A DNA stretch of 64,000 nt from a virus (Duplodnaviria; Caudoviricetes), in the IMG/VR virus record IMGVR_UViG_3300031820_000003, positions 22,868 through 86,867 of that record; one strand, given 5' to 3'. Positions 52,571-62,148 of the stretch are shown one piece after another. The position numbers were made by a program, and so were the translations under genes. Each line of letters opens with the position of its first letter. Position 1 is the first letter of the stretch. The notes under the pieces were generated by a model. It worked only from the letters and a program-made list of their open reading frames with translations. It did not search any database and had not been told where the DNA came from.

Positions 52571-53280
52571 CAGCGTCGCTCAACCCATTTCAGACAGTTT
52601 CGATTCCATCGCACGAGACCGCAGACGATCTCGCATTCCGAGCTTTCCTTGTCCGGATTCATGTACATCGCGCAGTCGTCACAATCGCGGCCACCCATGC
52701 CGTATCCGATCTTCGGATCGGCCTTGGAATGCTTGAATGCATCCTTGACGCCCTTGGCCTTGAAGATGCGAATGAGTTCCAAGTCGCGCGGCTCGGGATT
52801 GTCGAGATAAGGGCCGCACCACAGGTCTTTCGGCGGATCGACCGGATCGCGCGCCATGCAGCGCTTTAGGGCCTTGTCGATCTGCTCCTCGTAGGTTGCA
52901 GTTTTTCCCTTACCGAGGACGACCTCGACTGATTCGTGCTCCTTGGCGGTCGCGAAGCCGTGCGCGGCGAGATAATTATCGACCGGATTGTCGCCGTCGT
53001 CGATGGCCTTTTCGGTGTGCTCGTGCTCGACCCAGCAGGCAATGAGCTGGCGCGGCGACATGCCCCGCACCTTGACCTTGCCGGACATCACCTCGGTGTA
53101 CAGCGTGCGGTCGATATAGACCGTCTTGCCATCGACCGAGACGCCGCCAGCATAGGGAATATCGTGCGAGGTGTCGAGTTTGACCGACTTGGCGTACAGG
53201 TCCGAGGTGTCGGCCTCACCTAAAACAAGATACAATTCCTGTGGTGTCTTGACCTCGCCGCGCAGATGGCCGGTGCTCAA
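52570..53280 (-). CDS. HExxE metal-binding enzyme fused to a C-terminal HiPIP-like Cys4 domain
   Basis: PYAGG.SVDG..YID, HEHTE, AH..AT..EH, DL..GPY; CDDC..C..V.G.V....NCLKW. Confidence 0.78.
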   Translation of the reverse strand: MSTGHLRGEVKTPQELYLVLGEADTSDLYAKSVKLDTSHDIPYAGGVSVDGKTVYIDRTLYTEVMSGKVKVRGMSPRQLIACWVEHEHTEKAIDDGDNPVDNYLAAHGFATAKEHESVEVVLGKGKTATYEEQIDKALKRCMARDPVDPPKDLWCGPYLDNPEPRDLELIRIFKAKGVKDAFKHSKADPKIGYGMGGRDCDDCAMYMNPDKESSECEIVCGLVRWNRNCLKWVERR

Positions 53281-53437
53281 GGGTGTTCACCTATGGTGCG
53301 GGGCATCCCTGGCCCGTAAGCAAGGCAGCGAAGAACGGGCCAGGGCGCCAGCCGCGCCGAGGGCAGCTCCGCGCGGAGCGAATAGAAATCCATCATGTAA
53401 GGATTATTGCCCAAAGTGACGAAAGTAACGAAGGCTG

Positions 53438-53833
53438 TCAAGTAACGGTGGAGATTTCGGCCAAAAGCTGGGCGCGGTACCAAGCATTGCGCATGGCCTC
53501 GATATAGCAATTACGGGCCGTGTCGTGCGACTTATGGATGAAATCGGCCATGCGGCCAAATGAGCAGCCGCACGAGCGCCACCAGATGAATCGAAATTCC
53601 TTTTTGGGCATGCCTTGCGTCCAGTCGAGCGCGGGCAGCATGTCGGACACGTCCGCCGGGGATGGACGAAATTTCGGCATTGCAGCATCGTTGTACCCAT
53701 AGGCAACCTCGTCGTCGGCCGTGATGGGCCAATAGGTCTTCAGCACGCGCGGCCGATCCTTATCCGGCAATGCCCGCAATGTGCGGCAGGCGCGCAATAA
53801 TCTTTCCTCAACTTCCTTGTACGGGATGGTCAT
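53438..53833 (-). CDS. Putative late regulator (lambda Q position; DUF6362-like)
   Basis: ERL..A.RTL..LP; PSPADV; C-terminal HTH. Confidence 0.65.
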   Translation of the reverse strand: MTIPYKEVEERLLRACRTLRALPDKDRPRVLKTYWPITADDEVAYGYNDAAMPKFRPSPADVSDMLPALDWTQGMPKKEFRFIWWRSCGCSFGRMADFIHKSHDTARNCYIEAMRNAWYRAQLLAEISTVT

Positions 53834-53939
53834 CGATTTGGATTCTTGCGAGTAAAATAGCTGTACGTGATGATCCAGCCTATCCACGCGCCGACGAAGA
53901 TACCGAGAAAGTAGCCGATAAAGGCAGCGTCCCCCGGCG

Positions 53940-54284
53940 TCATCGCCAGTTACCTACGTTTGTGGCGGCCTCCAATGGCTTTGGTGTGGCCCGTGGTGAG
54001 TCCGGTATCGTGGGGGCTACCGGGAGAGCGGCAACAGGCTTTGACTCACCAGCGGGCGTTTCTGTGCCTTTGGCAGGCGCGGGCTGCGGAGGCGAGTTTC
54101 CCAGGGTCTGCGCCTCGAACAGAAGGTCGGTGTGGTGCTTCTTGATCTGCCCGGTGATTTCGTCGGCATCTGCGGCGAATGCGCCAGCGGCCGTTTCCAG
54201 GTCGGTGGAGGCCCGCCGTGCGGAATTGATCGCGTCGCGCGCACGCTGGACGGTTGCCCCAAGCCCCTTGATTTCGATCGCCAT
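53940..54284 (-). CDS. Helical protein with Pro-rich tail
   Basis: From MAIEIKGL. Confidence 0.7.
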   Translation of the reverse strand: MAIEIKGLGATVQRARDAINSARRASTDLETAAGAFAADADEITGQIKKHHTDLLFEAQTLGNSPPQPAPAKGTETPAGESKPVAALPVAPTIPDSPRATPKPLEAATNVGNWR

Positions 54285-54285
54285 A

Positions 54286-54895
54286 TCATTTTTTCCCCTG
54301 GCCAGCATTCGGTGAACTCGAACCATTGTGGTGAGGAGCGCGATGCTGGACTGCAACGGGTCGTCCATTGCCGATGTCCCCGACCTGCCGCGATGGATTG
54401 CCGAGCTCATCCTTGAACCATTCCGTGCGCCGATGAACGCCGGCCGCGGCCATGCTGCCGAAGCGCATTTTCTGCATAACGAGTTCGGAGTAGCTCATGG
54501 CAGATTCACCGTGGCCAGCGTGATCTTGACCTTGCCGCGGCGCTTGGTGTTGGCGGACGAGATCATCGACTTACGGCGGATCGCGAGCGGCGCCTTCCCG
54601 AACGTCCGCGATCGGTCGCGCGGATATGTGGGGACCTCCACCGGATCGTAGTGGTGGGATACCCTTGCGTGCATCCCCATGATGCGCTTGCTGGTGATGC
54701 TCATCCGCCGGCCGCCCCATAGCAGACGGTGCGCTTCACATTGCGAAACCGTGGCTGATCCTCCGGGTCGGTAAAGACCTGGAACGAGCACGGGCCATCG
54801 ATGCGGGTGACCGGATATTTCTTGGCCTCCTCGACCAATGCGGCGCGTTCATCGGCCTGCGCAACAATATTTCCATCGCAAATCAGATTGTACAT
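54286..54895 (-). other. Three small coupled ORFs (54286-54498, 54495-54704, 54701-54895)
   Basis: Overlapping start/stop codons; the middle ORF shares ITLAxVNLP with 11819..12040. Confidence 0.6.
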
Positions 54896-55380
54896 GCGTC
54901 GGCCTCCTTGCTTCCAGGCATGCGCTGGAAATAGACTTTCGGAATTGCAGCGATCCGCTCGCGCATCATGGCGCAGTGTTCTTCGCTGAAGTCTGGTTCA
55001 GGTTTGGGCTCCCATGGCCGCGTATCCCAAAGCGAGTTGTATTTCGCCATGGTCTGATGCTCGCGAAGACGCTTGTCACACCACTCCGCTATCGATGCGG
55101 TCGTAGGCGGGAATTCGCGGCTGAGGACATAGGGGCTGGCAAACTCACAGCACTCCTCGACAATCCCGAGCGGGTACTTGGTCAGCGTCGCAGTGATACC
55201 TGACGCATAGATTTCTGGATTAGGTGGCTTCGCGTGTGGCCATTGTCCAAGGAGTTTTTTGGCCGCCTTAGCCGCCTCGTGGGGTGACGTCACGCATTGG
55301 AGGATCGCCCGCGATTTCACCGCTCGTTCCTGCAATGATGCGGTCGAAGGCGTCCATGGTGTCACTTCCGTGCTGGCCAT
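54883..55380 (-). CDS. Replication accessory protein (lambda P position)
   Basis: Follows the initiator. Confidence 0.6.
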   Translation of the reverse strand: MASTEVTPWTPSTASLQERAVKSRAILQCVTSPHEAAKAAKKLLGQWPHAKPPNPEIYASGITATLTKYPLGIVEECCEFASPYVLSREFPPTTASIAEWCDKRLREHQTMAKYNSLWDTRPWEPKPEPDFSEEHCAMMRERIAAIPKVYFQRMPGSKEADACTI

Positions 55381-55891
55381 TGGATTTTCCTTTCAATGAG
55401 GCGGCGACGTATTCTCGCGGATCGTGCTTTGTGGCTGCGAGTTCGAGCACCGAACGAGCCAACGACACATCGTGGCTTTTGGCTTTCAGGAGACTGGCGA
55501 TGAGACCGCCCGAGGCTTTGCCGCAAACCTGGCGCCCTCGGCGGAAAAGGTCTTTTTCGAGTTCGGCTTGGGACGGCCCAACTTCATCCGCCGAAACCGA
55601 AGGTTTCGGAATCTCCGGGGGGTTAAGGAAGGGAGTATGAGGGAAACCATCGGGGGGGTTATGATCGTCACCGTGACTCCTCGGTGAGGTATCGGTGACG
55701 TCACCGTGACGTTTCTTGTGACGCCACCTTTGCGTACGGTGACGCGCACTGTTACGTCTCTCGATTTCCTTTTCCTGACGGGCGTCGTCGTCAGCTTGTA
55801 TATCCGCCAATATCGAGAGAACGCCGGCGAGACTGTCGCCGGGCAGGTTGAGAGCGCTGAGCCGCCGCAGAATGTCGGCATTGATCTTCAA
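55268..55891 (-). CDS. Replication initiator (lambda O position)
   Basis: Internal GTGACG iterons; position. Confidence 0.72.
   Translation of the reverse strand: MKINADILRRLSALNLPGDSLAGVLSILADIQADDDARQEKEIERRNSARHRTQRWRHKKRHGDVTDTSPRSHGDDHNPPDGFPHTPFLNPPEIPKPSVSADEVGPSQAELEKDLFRRGRQVCGKASGGLIASLLKAKSHDVSLARSVLELAATKHDPREYVAASLKGKSNGQHGSDTMDAFDRIIAGTSGEIAGDPPMRDVTPRGG
55666..55756. repeat. Iteron-like GTGACG repeats (putative origin, unit B)
   Basis: Copies at 55695, 55706, 55718 and 55739, plus GTTACG at 55751. Confidence 0.65.
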
Positions 55892-56076
55892 GCCGCCTTC
55901 TCCGCTGCGTGATCGGCCATCTCGTCTTCGATGCTCGTCATCAGAAGCGAATAGATGTAGGCGGTACGGCTCTTGCGAGCGATGTTCATGGCGTCAGCCA
56001 AACGATCGAGGCTCGCGACCTCGCAGCGTTTGAGCGGCAGGCGCACGGATATGATTTCCATGTCGTCGTCAGTCAT
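55888..56076 (-). CDS. Small RHH-like regulator
   Basis: ISVRLPL; ends IEDEMADHAAEKAA. Confidence 0.65.
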   Translation of the reverse strand: MTDDDMEIISVRLPLKRCEVASLDRLADAMNIARKSRTAYIYSLLMTSIEDEMADHAAEKAA

Positions 56077-56477
56077 TTGATCACCTTGACCTTGGTGCCG
56101 GGATACGCAGCTTCGACCAACTTGCGCTTGAGGCGAGACAGCGCGTTGTCCACGCCCTTCACGTCTTCGACGGACCGGGTCTGACCCTCGAAATACCGAA
56201 AGTCCAAAATGACTTTGCAGATGTGCACGCCGTTGACGGAAATCGGATAAGCCGGCTGGAGCTCGAGCATGCGGATGTGACCGGCTTGCTCGAGCAGCTT
56301 CAGCTCTTGGTAGCGCTCGGCTTCGCGCTTGCTGTGAAATACGATTCCATCGACCTCAGTACGTTTCGCCCCGTATTTGCTTGGCTTTTTGTTCTGCGCG
56401 GCCATGAGCTGGCGATACTCCGTGCGGGAGAGCGCCGGCCGGAATGGAACATCAGTGAAATCCGGTATGTTGCTCAT
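56073..56477 (-). CDS. DUF1064-like nuclease
   Basis: SKYGAKRTEVDGI.FHSK.EA.RY..L..DVKG. Confidence 0.88.
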   Translation of the reverse strand: MSNIPDFTDVPFRPALSRTEYRQLMAAQNKKPSKYGAKRTEVDGIVFHSKREAERYQELKLLEQAGHIRMLELQPAYPISVNGVHICKVILDFRYFEGQTRSVEDVKGVDNALSRLKRKLVEAAYPGTKVKVIK

Positions 56478-56689
56478 TTCTACCGTAGTATTCAGCCCGA
56501 TTGACGAAACCCACCAAACATCTCTAATTACCGCTCATGGGCAGCGTGCGTTCACTGATGTTTGGTCAGCACTATTGCCGTTATATTTTTGTCACACGCA
56601 CTTGCATTCAGGTACCAGCAGGTAGATACATTTCCCCCGGGCGTAGAAGAATAATTAACAGTCGGGGGTTGCGTAATGGGCGTCGTGGT

Positions 56690-56905
56690 TCATTGGGCTG
56701 CCTCGCGCGGCCGCAAAAAAGCGTCCATCGGAACTTCGCTCCCAGATACCTCACTCAATCGCTTCGCCAGGCCCAAGGATGCTTCCTTGCGGCCAGCGAA
56801 GATGTTGCGGAGGTGCCATTCGGAGCAGCCAACCGTAGCGGCCAAGACGGAAACGGTCATTCCCTTGCCGTTGGCCCAACGTAGCATCGGGTGCAAATCA
56901 GACAT
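56690..56905 (-). CDS. cro: Cro-like regulator
   Basis: Protein identical to the unit A copy. Confidence 0.82.
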   Translation of the reverse strand: MSDLHPMLRWANGKGMTVSVLAATVGCSEWHLRNIFAGRKEASLGLAKRLSEVSGSEVPMDAFLRPREAAQ

Positions 56906-56915
56906 GGGACGGAGT

Positions 56916-56965
56916 ATTCCCACTAGGAATGGCGAAAGTCAACCCGAAATATTCCTCGAAGGAAT
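56916..56965. promoter_or_regulatory. OR-like operators (56916-56930, 56951-56965)
   Basis: Identical to unit A. Confidence 0.8.
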
Positions 56966-56999
56966 AGGCCCTTGTCATAATGACTTAGTAGAGTCGGCT

Positions 57000-57305
57000 A
57001 TGGCCAAGAAAGCGCAGCCGGGACTCTCTCAGATGCACCTTGCGGATTGGCTCGAGTATTTCGAACTCGGCCCGACCGCGGCGGCCAAGCTCGCCGGATG
57101 CACACAGCCGTACATTTCCAATATCATGGCGGGCCGCAGGACAAGCGTAAATGTCTTGTATCTGGTGAGACTTACCGAAGAAATAGGGATCAGTGTTAAC
57201 GATCTCTACCGACCGGCCCCGACCAGGCTGCAGCTCGCGCAGCTACAGAACTATTCACCTCAGGCACAAGCGACGATTCTCCAGCGAGCACGCAAGAAGT
57301 CCTGA
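57000..57305 (+). CDS. cI: CI-like repressor, HTH only
   Basis: About 90% identical to 13067..13372. Confidence 0.8.
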   Translation: MAKKAQPGLSQMHLADWLEYFELGPTAAAKLAGCTQPYISNIMAGRRTSVNVLYLVRLTEEIGISVNDLYRPAPTRLQLAQLQNYSPQAQATILQRARKKS

Positions 57306-57353
57306 CACTCGTCTGACGTCATTTCTGGCCGATATCATTGGACGGATTAATCT

Positions 57354-57403
57354 ATTTCTACTAGGAATATTTCGGTTGACAGCGGTCCATTCCTGTGAGA
57401 AAT
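57354..57403 (+). promoter_or_regulatory. OL-like operators (57354-57368, 57389-57403) with PL TTGACA (57376-57381)
   Basis: Same motif as in unit A. Confidence 0.78.
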
Positions 57404-57433
57404 AGGTCCTCAGAGTGATTTGGAGGACCCCTC

Positions 57434-57556
57434 ATGACCGACGACCGCATCAGTGACGCCACGCTGGGCATTCTGCTGCTCGCAGGCGCGGCATTCGCCA
57501 TCGGCAGCACGCTGATCATCTGCGCATGGATGAACCCGATCGGGGGTGCCCTGTGA
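57434..57556 (+). CDS. Single-TM peptide (40 aa), first PL gene
   Basis: GGAGG SD. Confidence 0.7.
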   Translation: MTDDRISDATLGILLLAGAAFAIGSTLIICAWMNPIGGAL

Positions 57557-58118
57557 GCGCGCACTGTTCCACGAGGGCTCCCAGCGCCGCTCTGGACGAC
57601 GCCTATGCCCTCTACATCCTCGCCGTGACCGGATGCCGCCCGAAGCCGCTGCGCGCATTAAACAGCCCGGCGGCCCTTCAGGCCCGCGCCGCCGAGATCG
57701 AGGTCCACATGCAAGCGTTTGCCGCCTTCATGACGGCGGTCATGGCCGACACCGCGCAGAACATGTGGTTCTCCCGCGATGAGGCGAACGAGATCAACGC
57801 CACGCTGCAGGACTTGGCCAGCGATGTGCGTGGCACTGTGCTACGCGCGATCGAGGATAGGGGGGCGGCATGACTCCGCTGAAAATCACGATGATGCTGC
57901 ACTACTACGCGATCGCTGCTCCTTACTCGGAGCATAACCTAGCACACGCCAGATCGTCAGCGGTGCACGAACAGCGTCAGGAATTGCTGACAGATGGAAT
58001 GATTTTTCAGGATGATGGGCGTGAATCCGGATGGGGAGTAACGGAAAAAGGGCGCGCTTATGTTGATGCCCTTTTGGCCATTCCGCTGCCGGTCTGTAAG
58101 TGGGTGATCCCGTCATGA
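57553..58118 (+). other. Two hypothetical CDS (57553-57873, 57870-58118)
   Basis: Coupled ORFs. Confidence 0.6.
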
Positions 58119-58264
58119 GCGCCAAGGTCATTCCCCTGCGCCCGCGCGCAATCGAGCCCATCCGGGTCGAGACCGAGAAGCGCCTGCCGCCGGCGGTGTC
58201 CTTCTGGATTTGGATCGCGATGTCCGCACCGTTTTGGCGCCTGATGTTTTGGTGGGTGATCTGA
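58115..58264 (+). CDS. Single-TM Trp-rich peptide (49 aa)
   Basis: Coupled on both sides. Confidence 0.6.
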   Translation: MSAKVIPLRPRAIEPIRVETEKRLPPAVSFWIWIAMSAPFWRLMFWWVI

Positions 58265-58473
58265 TGGCCCGCGATTATGTGCCGATCGAGAAAATCAGGC
58301 GCGCGCTGCAGCGGTTCCCTGATGGAGCAACAACGCTGCAGGTCGCGGAGGTGCTGGGCATGAATCCGCACAATCTCAGCTCGCGACTGACCAAGCAGTT
58401 CATGTACGGGAAGGGCGTTTCGCGGGATTTTAAACCCGGGTCAAATGCCTTCATCTGGAGGATTGAGCAATGA
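58264..58473 (+). CDS. Winged-helix protein
   Basis: Homolog of 14474..14683. Confidence 0.75.
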   Translation: MARDYVPIEKIRRALQRFPDGATTLQVAEVLGMNPHNLSSRLTKQFMYGKGVSRDFKPGSNAFIWRIEQ

Positions 58474-59594
58474 ACCAGATCGTTCCCATGCGATCGGAGG
58501 GTCAGGCCCTCATCCGCTTCGATCATGATCAGATCGAGCTTATCAAGCGCACAATTTGCAAGGGCGCGACCGACGACGAATTGCAGCTATTCATGCACCA
58601 GGCGCAGCGTACCGGCCTTGATCCGTTCGCCCGGCAAATCTATGCCATCAAGCGATGGGACGGCTTATTGAAGCGTGAGGTCATGGCGGTGCAGACGAGC
58701 ATCGATGGCCTGCGTCTGATTGCGGAGCGCACCAGCAAATATGCCGGCCAACTCGGGCCGTTCTGGTGTGGCCAGGATGGCAAGTGGATGGACGTATGGT
58801 TGGACAACGCACCGCCTGTCGCGGCCCGCGTTGGCGTCCTTCGCTCCGACTTCAAGGAGCCGCTATGGGGCGTCGCCCGCTTTCAGTCCTACGCCGGCAA
58901 GAACAAGGAGGGCAACCTCACGCGCATGTGGGCGGCCATGGGCGACGTGATGGTCGCCAAATGCGCCGAAGCGCTCGCCCTGCGGAAGGCTTTCCCGCAA
59001 GAGCTATCGGGCCTCTATACGAACGATGAGATGGCCCAAGCTTCTCCGCAGGAGGAGGAGCAGCCCAAGCGCTCCACCAGTGTCCGAGAGATAATGCGCG
59101 ACGACATCAAGGAAATGGGCGGCCTGTCCGAGAAGGAAATGCGCGAGCTCTACATGGCGCTGCTGGACGAACTCAAGAAATGCCCGCCGGATGAGATGGA
59201 CGGTTGGTATGCCTCGCAGGCCGACCGGATCAATAAGCTACCGATGGGTTGGCAGGGTACGCTCAAGCGCAACATGGAAAAGCGCCGGCCGGCCGAGCCC
59301 CACGACCCGCAGACAGGCGAGATAACCGAGCAGGTCGTGTGGACGGAAACGGACGAGCGCCCGGCGACGGCGGACGATCTGGATATCCCCGATGCGCTTA
59401 AGCGCTGGATTCCAGCGGAAGAAGCCAGTTGGCTCGCGTGGCTCAAGGCTGCGGTGGTCGAGACCAACAGCGCATCGGCCTTGTTCGATCTCAAGACCGG
59501 CAGCCTGTCGGACGCGATCAAGAGCAAGCTATCAGCCAAAGGATTGGCGCAGGCCGCGTCGCTATTCGAGGCGAGGCTGCAAGACCTGTCATGA
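58470..59594 (+). CDS. bet: Phage recombination protein Bet (RecT/Red-beta family)
   Basis: GATDDEL..F......GLDPF.RQIY; SIDGLR.IA; [21 protein letters not shown]. Confidence 0.92.
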   Translation: MNQIVPMRSEGQALIRFDHDQIELIKRTICKGATDDELQLFMHQAQRTGLDPFARQIYAIKRWDGLLKREVMAVQTSIDGLRLIAERTSKYAGQLGPFWCGQDGKWMDVWLDNAPPVAARVGVLRSDFKEPLWGVARFQSYAGKNKEGNLTRMWAAMGDVMVAKCAEALALRKAFPQELSGLYTNDEMAQASPQEEEQPKRSTSVREIMRDDIKEMGGLSEKEMRELYMALLDELKKCPPDEMDGWYASQADRINKLPMGWQGTLKRNMEKRRPAEPHDPQTGEITEQVVWTETDERPATADDLDIPDALKRWIPAEEASWLAWLKAAVVETNSASALFDLKTGSLSDAIKSKLSAKGLAQAASLFEARLQDLS

Positions 59595-59905
59595 GCGAGC
59601 TTTGGTCAGAGAAATACAGGCTTGCGGCGGTCGAGTGGGTCGATAAGGAAGCCGCCGCCAGCATACTCGAGGAAACCAAGTCAGCATTCCTCGCAAAGCT
59701 CATGCTCGAGCAGGGCGACGTTCCTGTGTCGCGTGCGGAAATGCAGGTGAAAGCATCGGCAGAATGGAGCGACTTTATTCTGAAGAAGGAGCGCGCCCGC
59801 AAGGCGGCAAACCTGGCCAAGGTCAAATGCGAGTATTTACGGATGAAGTTCCAGGAGTGGAATAGCCACGAGGCAACGGCACGAGTGGAGCGGAGAGCGG
59901 CATGA
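59591..59905 (+). CDS. Helical UvsY-like protein
   Basis: All-helical 104 aa directly after bet. Confidence 0.55.
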   Translation: MSELWSEKYRLAAVEWVDKEAAASILEETKSAFLAKLMLEQGDVPVSRAEMQVKASAEWSDFILKKERARKAANLAKVKCEYLRMKFQEWNSHEATARVERRAA

Positions 59906-60147
59906 GCGAGATAACAGGATGGCAGCCGATCGAAACTGCGCCGAAGAATAAGCAGGTTATCATGCTGTTCTTTCCGAACGGCTGCGACATGCAGATGGTG
60001 GAAAAAAGCAAGATCGGCTTGGGGTTTTGGGATACTGACGATTGGTATCACCTAGATAGCCGGGGGTTCTCCATGACTTACCTAGGGGAAATTCCTACGC
60101 ATTGGATGCCGCTGCCCGACCCGCCATCGACTCCCGGTGCGGCGTGA
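59902..60147 (+). CDS. DUF551-like protein
   Basis: WQPIETAPK...PTHWMPLP. Confidence 0.85.
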   Translation: MSEITGWQPIETAPKNKQVIMLFFPNGCDMQMVEKSKIGLGFWDTDDWYHLDSRGFSMTYLGEIPTHWMPLPDPPSTPGAA

Positions 60148-60609
60148 GGGTCGTGCTGGCGTTCACCTTGACGGCGCTCGGCGCCCTTGTGCTCGGGCTG
60201 TTATGGTCAGCGCGGGAGCACCCGCCCAAGGACTGCATCGGAGTTGGCAAGGGCATGGAGGAAAGGTGCTGGAGATGAAAATGAACGCAAGGTCATGGAA
60301 CTCTATAAGCGTCGGCGCGGCAAGCATGTTCGGTTACTCAGGCCATGAGTTCATTGCTTGCTTCTCGCCCACCTCACCATCGCTATGGCTTTCCTCGGTG
60401 ATAGGCTTAATCGCTGTTGCGGGAGTGGTTTTTTGCTCAGGTAAGGCATTGGAGTGCAGGGAATGATGGACAAATATGACAAAGATTTTCTTGAACACAT
60501 CGCCAAGCTTCAGCGCGAGCAAACGGCCCAAACGATCAAGCTGCTCGAGGACATCAAGTTGTTGCTGGCCCAGCTCGTGGCCCGCACGCCGGATAAGGTC
60601 GGGTATTAG
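60144..60609 (+). other. Conserved three-gene cassette (60144-60278 TM plus Cys2; 60275-60466 two TM; 60463-60609 helical)
   Basis: Homologs of 15495..15951. Confidence 0.72.
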
Positions 60610-60688
60610 TTACTGAGGCTTTGCGGACAGGCGGCGTTGTGGGTAGCAATTAGTCCCATGGCGGGAATTGTCACAACGGGACTGAAAC

Positions 60689-60958
60689 ATGGCCAGACTC
60701 GGCGCGGTACACATCGATAGGTTTTCGTCGCTCGACGACCTGCCAAAGAAGCTCTACGGAGATGAAATGGCCGTACTACGCGCGCTCGCAAAGCCGCAGA
60801 GATTTAGTGCTTTCGAGATGACCGGCACGCTGTTTTCTACGATCAAGCGTCTTGAGGCAGAGGGGCTCTTAAAGATCGAGAGGGATACTTACCCATGGAC
60901 GAACACGCCGCTGACTGACGCTGGTCTAGCCGCCGTCGCGCGTAATAATGCGGAATGA
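60689..60958 (+). CDS. Winged-helix-like protein
   Basis: IKRLEAEGLL...LTDAG. Confidence 0.65.
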   Translation: MARLGAVHIDRFSSLDDLPKKLYGDEMAVLRALAKPQRFSAFEMTGTLFSTIKRLEAEGLLKIERDTYPWTNTPLTDAGLAAVARNNAE

Positions 60959-61308
60959 AACAACCGAAAATGTCCCATAGCTACGCCCATATGTGTCGCG
61001 ACGATCATACGCAGATCGGCCACAACGACAACACCGACGAGAGGTGTCCGCTTTGTCGGGCTCTTGCTCGATCTGAGCAACTTGAGGACGCGCTGCAAAG
61101 GATCGTGCAGTGGGCCGAGGCATATCCGATCGACATCTTTCACGAGCCGTCGAAAGAGGAATGTCACCGGGCGCACGAGCTTCTGACGGCCAACGGCATG
61201 ACACTGGATGCCTTCAGCGCCAGCATGGGGCGCCATTGCCTTAAGGGCATTGGCGACATCGCGCGCGGTGTACTCACTTCTGCTGAATCTACAGGAACGA
61301 AGCCATGA
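60955..61308 (+). CDS. Zn-finger plus coiled-coil protein
   Basis: C...H....CPLC. Confidence 0.7.
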   Translation: MKQPKMSHSYAHMCRDDHTQIGHNDNTDERCPLCRALARSEQLEDALQRIVQWAEAYPIDIFHEPSKEECHRAHELLTANGMTLDAFSASMGRHCLKGIGDIARGVLTSAESTGTKP

Positions 61309-61595
61309 TCCCGAAGCTGACATCGAAGCAGAAAAAGCACATCAAGGACCGGGGCGCTCAATTCGATAACGCGCTGGCGCGGGCAACGATGTGCGTCCGC
61401 TCCTGCGGCAAGCTGGTCGGCATGGAAAAGGTGCGAGCTCCGATTGCCTGGAGAGCCGCCCTTGCTGCAACTGGATATCCGTTCGAGACAGATGGCTTTG
61501 TCATGGGAGACGAGGCCGGCCCCGTTGACCAAGAAATTCAGGACATCGCCAGCAAGCTCTATGACGACGCTGTAAAGGCCGCGAGACAAATATGA
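61305..61595 (+). CDS. Hypothetical protein (intact allele)
   Basis: 96 aa; near-identical DNA at 17690..17981. Confidence 0.75.
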   Translation: MIPKLTSKQKKHIKDRGAQFDNALARATMCVRSCGKLVGMEKVRAPIAWRAALAATGYPFETDGFVMGDEAGPVDQEIQDIASKLYDDAVKAARQI

Positions 61596-61849
61596 CCGAG
61601 CCCCGCACCGAAACGCTCGAGCGCGAGAAGGACAAGCTTTTTGTCACCGACGCGGAGCTGATGCGAAAGCTTGGCCTCGATCCAAGCATCGCGCGTCCGG
61701 TCATCAAGATGCTGGATGAGAACAATAAATCCGGTTTTCCACAGAAGTCAAAGCTTTGGGGTGGACGGCGCTACTGGCCGGCCGTCAAGGCGTGGCTTGA
61801 CCGGACAAATGGTCTTACGGTCGAGACTCCACAGAGGGCCTCAGCATGA
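61592..61849 (+). CDS. xis: Excisionase-like protein
   Basis: Homolog of 18190..18465. Confidence 0.78.
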   Translation: MTEPRTETLEREKDKLFVTDAELMRKLGLDPSIARPVIKMLDENNKSGFPQKSKLWGGRRYWPAVKAWLDRTNGLTVETPQRASA

Positions 61850-62148
61850 CCGATAGATTAAAAAGTGGCATCGAAAAATACGCGAACATGCTTCGCCAAT
61901 ACCTCGGCCCGTGGGGCTGCCGAACTCGGCTCCTCGGCTACGATGAGTTGCTCGAAGTCTCAAAGATGGCGTTTGACGTTCCGGGGCACAACCTGCCGGA
62001 AGTAGCGACGCGCGTGCAGGTTCTAGGAACACGCGAAAGGTCTGCGCGTGTGCGGGAGGCCATCCGACGACACTGGCCAACACCGAACCACCTATGGCCG
62101 GCCGACGCTCCTGTGCGCAGGTCGCTCGCGAAGGAGGCACTCTCGTGA
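61846..62148 (+). CDS. Hypothetical protein inserted between xis and int
   Basis: Coupled on both sides; absent in unit A. Confidence 0.65.
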   Translation: MTDRLKSGIEKYANMLRQYLGPWGCRTRLLGYDELLEVSKMAFDVPGHNLPEVATRVQVLGTRERSARVREAIRRHWPTPNHLWPADAPVRRSLAKEALS

